Source of the DNA: Candidatus Eremiobacteria bacterium
GTDB lineage: Bacteria > Vulcanimicrobiota > Vulcanimicrobiia > Vulcanimicrobiales > Vulcanimicrobiaceae
Direction: 5' to 3'
Length of the DNA: 64,000 nucleotides
Assembly (NCBI GenBank): GCA_963758295.1
Contig: CAVWUU010000002.1
Location: 192,001 to 256,000, forward strand
Shown piece by piece: positions 57,925-64,000 of this stretch. Both the position numbers and the translations under genes were made by a program. The first letter of the stretch is position 1, and each line of letters opens with the position of its first letter. The notes beneath the pieces are model-generated. The model worked only from the letters and a program-made list of their open reading frames with translations. It ran no database searches and had not been told where the DNA came from.

Positions 57925-59672
57925 GGATGCTTAGCCGCCATTTTGGGAACGGGCGACGGCGCGGGCAGAACGCCGCTGTGCAACATGGCCGCACGCGCAA
58001 TCTTCGTAAACGCGGGCGCCGCCACGATGCCGCCGTAGTAGGCGCCGACCGGCCGTTCCACTTTTACGTAAACCACGTAACGCGGATGCTCCGCGGGAAT
58101 CATTCCAATGAACGACGCGGCGTAGGCGCCCGGTTCGTAACGGCCATCTACCACCATCTGCGCGGTACCGGTCTTTCCGGCGGTTGTGTAGCCGGGAATT
58201 TGCGCGGACGGATTTCCCGTGCCCGCGACCACGACTTGACGCAAATACTGGCGCAGAATTGCCGCGGTCTTTTCCGAAAACACGCGCCGCTCGACTTCGC
58301 GCGGATATTGGTAAATCGTCTTGCCTTGCTGATCGTCAATAGCGCGCAAGATGTGCGGCCGCAGCAAAATGCCGCCGTTCGCAATCGCGCAATAGAAGCG
58401 TGCCATCGCAACCGGCGTAACCGAAACGCCTTGACCGAACGACATCGTCGCAAGCGACGAGTCGCTCCAATCGGCCGGCGCCGGAACGATGCCCGGATTC
58501 TCGCCTGGAAGACCAACCTCCGTCGGCGTGCCGAATCCGGCTCTGCGCTCCATCTCGTAGAATTTCTGCGAACCAACGTACATGCCGACTTCCGCGGCGC
58601 CGACGTTGTGCGAATATTGAATGATCTGTCCGAGCGTTTCGGTGGGGCCGGTATCCGGCATGTCGTCGTCGGCATTGTGAATGACGTTGCCGCCGACGAG
58701 CAACGTCTCACGTGCCGGAAAACGCATCGAGGGCGTCACTTTGCCGGAGTCGAGCGCGACCGCCGCGGTGAGAAGCTTGAACGTGGATCCCGGTTCGTAC
58801 GCGTCCATAACGGCGCGATCGCGGCGCGCGGAGTCGCTGAACTTCCAGAAGCGATTTGGATCGAACTTCGGCATGTTCGACATGGCGAGAATTTCGCCAC
58901 TCCACGGATCCATCACGATGGCGGTTCCGTCGAGCGCGTGAAACTTCGTTACTTGCTCCGCGAGCGCCGACTCGGTGACGTACTGCAGATACGAATCGAG
59001 CGTCAGCTGTAGATTCAATCCGGGCTGGGCCGCTTTCACGACGGTTTCGTGACCGAACGGAATCGGGCGCCCAAATTCGTCGGTTTCAAGCGTGACGCGT
59101 CCGGACGTGCCTTTCAGCAGGTTGTCGAACTCGTACTCGAGGCCGTCCAGTCCATTTTCGTCGGTACCCACAAAGCCGAGAAGCGTGGACGCCGTGTCAC
59201 CGACCATGTCGATGCGGCGGCCGGTGTCTTCTTCTTTCAGTTGCACGCCGGCGAGGTCGAGCGCGCGAACCTTGTCGGCAACGTCGCTTGGAACCTTGCG
59301 AGCGATCCACACGAACCACCGGGAGCGATCGTGCATGGCACTCACAACAGTTGGATCGAGCTTCCCGAAGAAGCCTTGGAGTTTCTGAACTGCTGCGTCG
59401 GGGTCTAAGAGGTCGTGCGGAACGACGTAGACGCTTTCGGAGGGGAGCGATCGCACCAGCACTGAGCCGTCGCGATCAGTGATGTTTCCGCGGCGCGCAA
59501 AAACTTCAACCGTGTCCGAACGTTGCGCGAGAGCCTCGCGTGCGTAGACCGGCCCCTTGAAGACCTGCACGAAATAGAGCTTTGCCGTTAAGAAAAGCCC
59601 AATTGCCAAGCACACATAGAAAAACACTTTCGCGCGCGTCGGGGCGACGCGCGCGAAGGTCCGTTGATGCAT
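57921..59672 (-). CDS. ftsI: class B penicillin-binding protein (FtsI/SpoVD-like)
   Basis: RGNITDRDG, EPGSTFK (SxxK), SHN, KTGTAQ. Confidence 0.92.
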   Translation of the reverse strand: MHQRTFARVAPTRAKVFFYVCLAIGLFLTAKLYFVQVFKGPVYAREALAQRSDTVEVFARRGNITDRDGSVLVRSLPSESVYVVPHDLLDPDAAVQKLQGFFGKLDPTVVSAMHDRSRWFVWIARKVPSDVADKVRALDLAGVQLKEEDTGRRIDMVGDTASTLLGFVGTDENGLDGLEYEFDNLLKGTSGRVTLETDEFGRPIPFGHETVVKAAQPGLNLQLTLDSYLQYVTESALAEQVTKFHALDGTAIVMDPWSGEILAMSNMPKFDPNRFWKFSDSARRDRAVMDAYEPGSTFKLLTAAVALDSGKVTPSMRFPARETLLVGGNVIHNADDDMPDTGPTETLGQIIQYSHNVGAAEVGMYVGSQKFYEMERRAGFGTPTEVGLPGENPGIVPAPADWSDSSLATMSFGQGVSVTPVAMARFYCAIANGGILLRPHILRAIDDQQGKTIYQYPREVERRVFSEKTAAILRQYLRQVVVAGTGNPSAQIPGYTTAGKTGTAQMVVDGRYEPGAYAASFIGMIPAEHPRYVVYVKVERPVGAYYGGIVAAPAFTKIARAAMLHSGVLPAPSPVPKMAAKHP

Positions 59673-59699
59673 CAGGACGCGACCCGTGATACCGCTCCG

Positions 59700-60152
59700 C
59701 TACCGCGCTCGCACGCGTGGAACGCCGCCGCCGCCGAACCAGCCGGCAACCGACAACCAGGGTGCAAAACGATCGTTCGTAACGGTGGGCAAGCCGAGCT
59801 TGACGACGGCAAACTGTTGCGCTTCGTGCATGCCAAGCTTCGAGGCGACACGGGCGAGGCGTTCGTCGGAACGCAGCACCGCGATGCGGTCGTCGAAACG
59901 CGCGGTTTCTTCTTGGAGATCGTCGCGCTGTTGATGCGCTTTAGCAACGGCATAACTGAGGCTGGTTACATTCGACGTGAGCATCACATACCCAAGCAGA
60001 GAAACGAGCACCACGCCGAGCACGGCGCATACGCGAAAGATTCCATTGTAGCGGGCGCGCGAATTGCGAACGATACGCACGCTGGTTGCGGTGCGCGCGC
60101 TTCGTGGGTTCTTGATGCGGGGTTGTGACTCAATAAGTTGTGGCTGGATCAT
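59700..60152 (-). CDS. ftsL: cell division protein FtsL-like
   Basis: Single TM plus coiled coil ending ERLARVASKLGM; position between rsmH and ftsI. Confidence 0.7.
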   Translation of the reverse strand: MIQPQLIESQPRIKNPRSARTATSVRIVRNSRARYNGIFRVCAVLGVVLVSLLGYVMLTSNVTSLSYAVAKAHQQRDDLQEETARFDDRIAVLRSDERLARVASKLGMHEAQQFAVVKLGLPTVTNDRFAPWLSVAGWFGGGGVPRVRAR

Positions 60153-60159
60153 CCTTGTC

Positions 60160-61033
60160 CTAACTGGCCTTCCGTTGCGCCGCGCGCATCTTTGCACTCC
60201 GTGCGCGCGGATTGTTCGCCATTTCTTGATCGCTGGGAAGTAGCGGCTTCTTGGTGAGAACGTTCAGCCGCTCGTCGCCGCGAAAGGTTTGCTTCACGAT
60301 GCGATCCTCAAGCGAGTGAAAGCTTATGACCACCACGCGCCCCGCGCCTCGAAGCTGATCGATGGCCGAGGTGAGCCCTTCGCGCAGAACGTCTAGCTCG
60401 TCGTTCACGGCTATGCGCAACGCCTGGAAGACGCGCGTCGCCGGATGAATACGCTCGCGCTTGCCCGGACGGTGGACGATGCCGGCCACCATCTGCGCGA
60501 ATTCCGTCGTGGTCGTCGGCAAGCGGCCCCGAGTTGCGCCGTTCCACGATGGCGTGCGCAATCCGACGCGCGGCGCGCTCTTCACCGTAGTAATAGAAGA
60601 TGTCCGCGAGCTCGCTCTCGCTCGCCGTGTTCAGGACTTCGTAAGCACTCTGCCCCTTATGCGGATCCATTCGCATGTCGAGCGGAGCAGACTCACGGAA
60701 AGAAAAGCCTCGGCTTGCATCATCCAGCTGCATCGACGAAACCCCCAAATCGAAAAGCACTCCGTCCACGAACTCCACGCCGCACTCGTCGAGGACGCGA
60801 CGAAGCTCCGAGAAGTTGGCTTGAACGAAGGTGAACGACGGATGCTCGATTGCCCGTGCGCGATCCACCGCGTGCGGATCCGCATCGATGGCGATGAGGC
60901 GTCCCGTATCCAAGCGGTCCAAGATCGCTCGCGTGTGCCCGCCCGCACCAAACGTCGCATCGACGTAAATCCCATCCGGCCGGATCGCCAGATACTCCAG
61001 CGCCGGCTCCAATAGCACCGAAACGTGATTCAT
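60160..61033 (-). CDS. rsmH: 16S rRNA m4C1402 methyltransferase (apparent +1 frameshift about 60528)
   Basis: HVSVL, DATFGAGGH, DLGVSSMQLD, HPATRVFQALRI, SFHSLEDR, NPRARSAK. Confidence 0.96.
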
Positions 61034-61045
61034 GCACACATACCA

Positions 61046-61489
61046 TTAGTAGATGCCGAGGTCGGCCATGAACTCGGCCACCTCGCCCTCCGGCGCGGCA
61101 TGTTCCGCGTAGCGTTCTTTGGCCCAAATCTCCACGCGCGTCAGAGTGCCGACCGAGACGACCTCCCGGTCGATGCCGGCATACGCCCGCAAAGCGGCGG
61201 GTATCAGAAGGCGGCCCTGGGCGTCGCACGCGACTTCCTCGGTGTTGGCGAAGATGTGGCGGACGAGCTGACGATACCGCTGGTCTTTACGCGGCGCTTC
61301 CTCTAAACGTGCGCAAACCTGACCCCAAGTAATGCTCGGGTAGAGAGCAAGGCATGGGTCCGGCTCGGCGATCGTGATAAAGAAGCCCGCACCAAGCCGC
61401 TCGCGGAAACGCGCAGGAACGATAAGCCGGCCTTTATCATCTAAGGCATGCTCGACCGAACCCGTAAAGCGCGGGAGATCCGCGTGCAC
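61046..61489 (-). CDS. mraZ: division/cell wall cluster transcriptional repressor MraZ
   Basis: DDKGRLIVP and DAQGRLLIP repeats, RVEIW. Confidence 0.96.
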   Translation of the reverse strand: MHADLPRFTGSVEHALDDKGRLIVPARFRERLGAGFFITIAEPDPCLALYPSITWGQVCARLEEAPRKDQRYRQLVRHIFANTEEVACDAQGRLLIPAALRAYAGIDREVVSVGTLTRVEIWAKERYAEHAAPEGEVAEFMADLGIY

Positions 61490-61506
61490 AATTCCCCTCC
61501 CTGCGA

Positions 61507-61559
61507 CACCACCTTACACCACTTTGCACCACTATACGCCCTCAGGTAGGGGAAGGCAA
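61507..61559 (-). promoter_or_regulatory. dcw promoter with three MraZ-binding direct repeats
   Basis: Minus strand TTGCCT-N17-TATAGT followed by GTGGTG x3 at exact 10-bp period (61527-32, 61517-22, 61507-12). Confidence 0.85.
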
Positions 61560-61694
61560 GGGCGATTTCCTTACGCCGACCGGCGAAATATCTAATTTTG
61601 GAAGTCGATGTCCCAGGCTGGAAAAGGCTCTTTTGCGACAGTGGATGTCTGAATCTATGAAGGCGCAGCGGGACACCCCGCCGCTGGCCCTGGG

Positions 61695-61719
61695 TGGTAT
61701 ACTGACTAGACGAACTAGT
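61695..61719 (+). promoter_or_regulatory. putative TA promoter (extended -10) and operator palindrome
   Basis: TGGTATACT then ACTAG-ACGAA-CTAGT. Confidence 0.5.
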
Positions 61720-61731
61720 TAGGGGGCCAGC

Positions 61732-62088
61732 ATGGCGGAACGTAGGACTCTTCGTATGGCGGCCGGCGTCAGACTCATCAAATCCCTCACCGGGTTCACG
61801 AGCGTTCGCTCAAAATTGTGGCAAGCTGTCGCAAACGCCACTGATCGCTGGCAGCTGCAAGACGCCAAAGCACAATTTAGCGAGGTCGTGCAGCGCGCGC
61901 TCGACGGCAAACCGCAGTGCGTAACGAAACACGGACGAGACGCGGTACTCGTTATTGCGTACGACACTCTCGTCGACGCGGTTCGCCCAAAGCAGAACCT
62001 TTTCGACTTCTTCCAATCGTCACCATTGGTCGCGGTTGATCTCGATTTGGATCGCTTACCTGGCGACGTTCGCGAGATCGACCTTTGA
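61732..62088 (+). CDS. Phd/YefM-family antitoxin (start uncertain)
   Basis: WQLQDAKAQFSEVV..GKPQCVTKHG motif. Confidence 0.85.
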   Translation: MAERRTLRMAAGVRLIKSLTGFTSVRSKLWQAVANATDRWQLQDAKAQFSEVVQRALDGKPQCVTKHGRDAVLVIAYDTLVDAVRPKQNLFDFFQSSPLVAVDLDLDRLPGDVREIDL

Positions 62089-62513
62089 GCGGGTTCCTCG
62101 TGGATACGTGCGCTGTTTCCGAAGCGATTAAACCACGTCCGGATCAAGGCTTAGCGGCATGGCTTCGCGGCGTAGATCCTGAGCAGGTTTACATCAGTGT
62201 AGTTACACTTGGGGAGATTCGCAAAAGGATCGAGTGTAGCACGGATGGCGCTAAAAAGGCGCCACTCGAAGCATGGCTTACAAACGACATCGCGCAGCAG
62301 TTTGCCGGTCGAGTTCTTTCGTTTAATGCTGATGTTGCCGATCGATGGGGCCGTTTAGTCGCAACACTGAAGCAAAGCGGCATAAGGCCGGCTGCGATCG
62401 ATTCGCTGATCGCTGCGACTGCGCTGCAGCACAACTTGAGCATCATTACCCGGAACGAAAAAGACTTCAAGACGATGGGTGTAGGCGTGACGAACCCCTG
62501 GTCGACGACGTAA
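62085..62513 (+). CDS. vapC: VapC PIN-domain toxin
   Basis: FLVDTCAVSE, TLGEI, DSLIAATA, TRNEKDF, NPW. Confidence 0.92.
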   Translation: MSGFLVDTCAVSEAIKPRPDQGLAAWLRGVDPEQVYISVVTLGEIRKRIECSTDGAKKAPLEAWLTNDIAQQFAGRVLSFNADVADRWGRLVATLKQSGIRPAAIDSLIAATALQHNLSIITRNEKDFKTMGVGVTNPWSTT

Positions 62514-62706
62514 CGAAAAGCCAACGTCTGCAGCTTCGATTTTCAAGAGCGGCGCGGATTGCAGCGGACCTCTACTTTAAACGCTGGGCTCCTGAATCTA
62601 CAGTGTCGGCACAATGAAGTTGTTGACAAGCCTACCTGCCAGTCAGCTTCCACGCCTGAACAAACGAAGCCACCTCCTGGGATGACGCCGAAGGCCTCGC
62701 CTAATG

Positions 62707-63912
62707 TGTGTAAACCGAGATTTCGTCTGACAGTTGGCGCATGATCGCGTCGCTGAGTGTCAGATGGTTCCAATGGCGCTAAACTCAGGCTGCAAATAGC
62801 TTCTCCTTGGCGAGTTCCAAGCTGTCGAAAAATGTCTGCATCGGCGTCTTGCCGTAACACCAGCGCCCTTGATGCGTACGTTCTATGTTGTACTCGCGCA
62901 TCCATGCATCGAGATCGGCTTGCAGCTCGTCGACCGTATGGTAAATCTTCTTGCGGAATGCCACGCGGTAGAATTCGTTAAGCATTGTCTTATGAAGGCG
63001 TTCAACGATGCCGTTTGTTTGGCGGCTCTTTGCCTTGGTGCGCGTGTGATCGATGTCTTCGATTGCGAGGTACAACTCGTAAGGATGTTTCTGGACGTCT
63101 CCGCAGTACTCGGTTCCACGATCGGTGAGGATTCGGCTCACGCGAATATCGTGCTCTTCGAAGAATGGAATGACCCGATCATTGAGCAGATCTACTGCAG
63201 TGATTGGCGTCTTTTGCTGGTACAGCTTCGCGAATCCAACTTTGCTATACGTGTCGACGAAGGTCTGCTGATATACACGGCCAACACCTTTGAGCGTGCC
63301 GACGTAGAACGTGTCTTGTGCGCCGCAATAACCGGGGCATTCACTCTCGAACTCGCCGTGCGCGTCCTTCTCGTTCTGCGCCTTCTCAAGTGCTGCGAGC
63401 TGCGCTTCGGTCAGAACCAAACCTTCCTGTGCGCTTTTTGCTTCTAGTGCTTTCAATCGTTTCTTCATCGTCTCAAGATCGTGCCGCTGCCAAACGCAGC
63501 GCACGCCGGCGGGAGAAACGGTCATTGCACGTTTTTTGAGTTCATTGGCGACGCGCACTTGGCCGAACGCCGGCTGTTCTATTGCGAGCGTCACGATCGC
63601 ATCTTCGATCGTTGGATCGATTCGGTTCTTCAGGATCGGTTTTCGGCGGGAGATTTCCGCGAGCGCTGCCTCACCGCCGGTTTCATAGAGCTCTTGGAAG
63701 CGATAGAAACTATCGCGACTAAACCCCATCATCTTGCAAGCCTGCTGCACGTTCCCCAACTGCTTTGCAAGGTTGAGCAGGCCGACTTTGGCACGAATGA
63801 CTTTGCGTTCGGTGGTCAAGATCGTCTCCTTCGTCGCCGACGTCACGCTCAGTGACGCGGCAGGATGCGATGCGACCTTCGCCAACTGTCCGATTAAGTC
63901 TTAGCTAATACA
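62707..63912 (-). mobile_element. IS481-family insertion sequence (about 1.2 kb) with CCTAATG target-site duplication
   Basis: TGT...ACA ends; imperfect terminal IRs sharing GACAGTTGGCG; CCTAATG at 62700-62706 and 63913-63919. Confidence 0.9.
62785..63819 (-). CDS. IS481-family DDE transposase
   Basis: HTH N-terminus; [40 protein letters not shown] before TTG 63819. Confidence 0.95.
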   Translation of the reverse strand: MTTERKVIRAKVGLLNLAKQLGNVQQACKMMGFSRDSFYRFQELYETGGEAALAEISRRKPILKNRIDPTIEDAIVTLAIEQPAFGQVRVANELKKRAMTVSPAGVRCVWQRHDLETMKKRLKALEAKSAQEGLVLTEAQLAALEKAQNEKDAHGEFESECPGYCGAQDTFYVGTLKGVGRVYQQTFVDTYSKVGFAKLYQQKTPITAVDLLNDRVIPFFEEHDIRVSRILTDRGTEYCGDVQKHPYELYLAIEDIDHTRTKAKSRQTNGIVERLHKTMLNEFYRVAFRKKIYHTVDELQADLDAWMREYNIERTHQGRWCYGKTPMQTFFDSLELAKEKLFAA

Positions 63913-63919
63913 CCTAATG

Positions 63920-64000
63920 TTGAGTGAGCAATCGTCTGCAACCGTGCTCCGGGTGCGCTTGAGCAACTTCCGTCAGCCTTGTCGCGACGCGGGCATCTTG
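63920..64000 (-). pseudogene. probable IS3-family OrfB remnant running off the window edge
   Basis: QDARVATRLTEVAQAHPEHGCRRL resembles the IS3 OrfB 'L..LA..HPRYGYRRL' segment; a stop falls at the IS481 target site. Confidence 0.45.

Noticed and set aside
62514..62706. Protein-coding gene between vapC and the IS481 element
   Set aside because: Short ORFs without RBS or recognisable motif; possibly decayed IS sequence but unsupported

Overview
GC-rich bacterial chromosomal window, mostly housekeeping. Gene content and protein style suggest a Terrabacteria lineage such as Candidatus Eremiobacterota, but this is inference only. Left to right: NUDIX, trmH-like, yqzL-like mini-ORF, pheS, pheT, cvpA; a TauE/aminotransferase cluster divergent from a selenocysteine-containing selD operon; hsp20-lon and groES-groEL under CIRCE/HrcA elements; two receiver/HD-GYP proteins with HD changed to YD; tandem APC permeases; 2-oxoacid:ferredoxin oxidoreductase; an ArsR operon containing a glutaredoxin-like gene with a probable C-terminal selenocysteine; agmatinase and alr; citrate synthase with a highly structured 5' leader; the dcw cluster mraZ-rsmH-ftsL-ftsI-murE-murF-[CofE-like ligase]-mraY-murD-ftsW-murG-murC-murB-ddl; and an accessory edge with a Phd/VapC toxin-antitoxin pair, an intact IS481-family element and a probable IS3 remnant. 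The most notable signals are (1) a CofE-like amide ligase translationally coupled between murF and mraY, a candidate peptidoglycan-modifying enzyme; (2) two UGA-recoded selenoproteins missed by the ORF track, sharing a GGUC-loop SECIS-like hairpin; and (3) a candidate novel cis-regulatory RNA upstream of citrate synthase. About eight genes, several of them essential, carry single-base frameshifts that are most likely sequencing or assembly errors.
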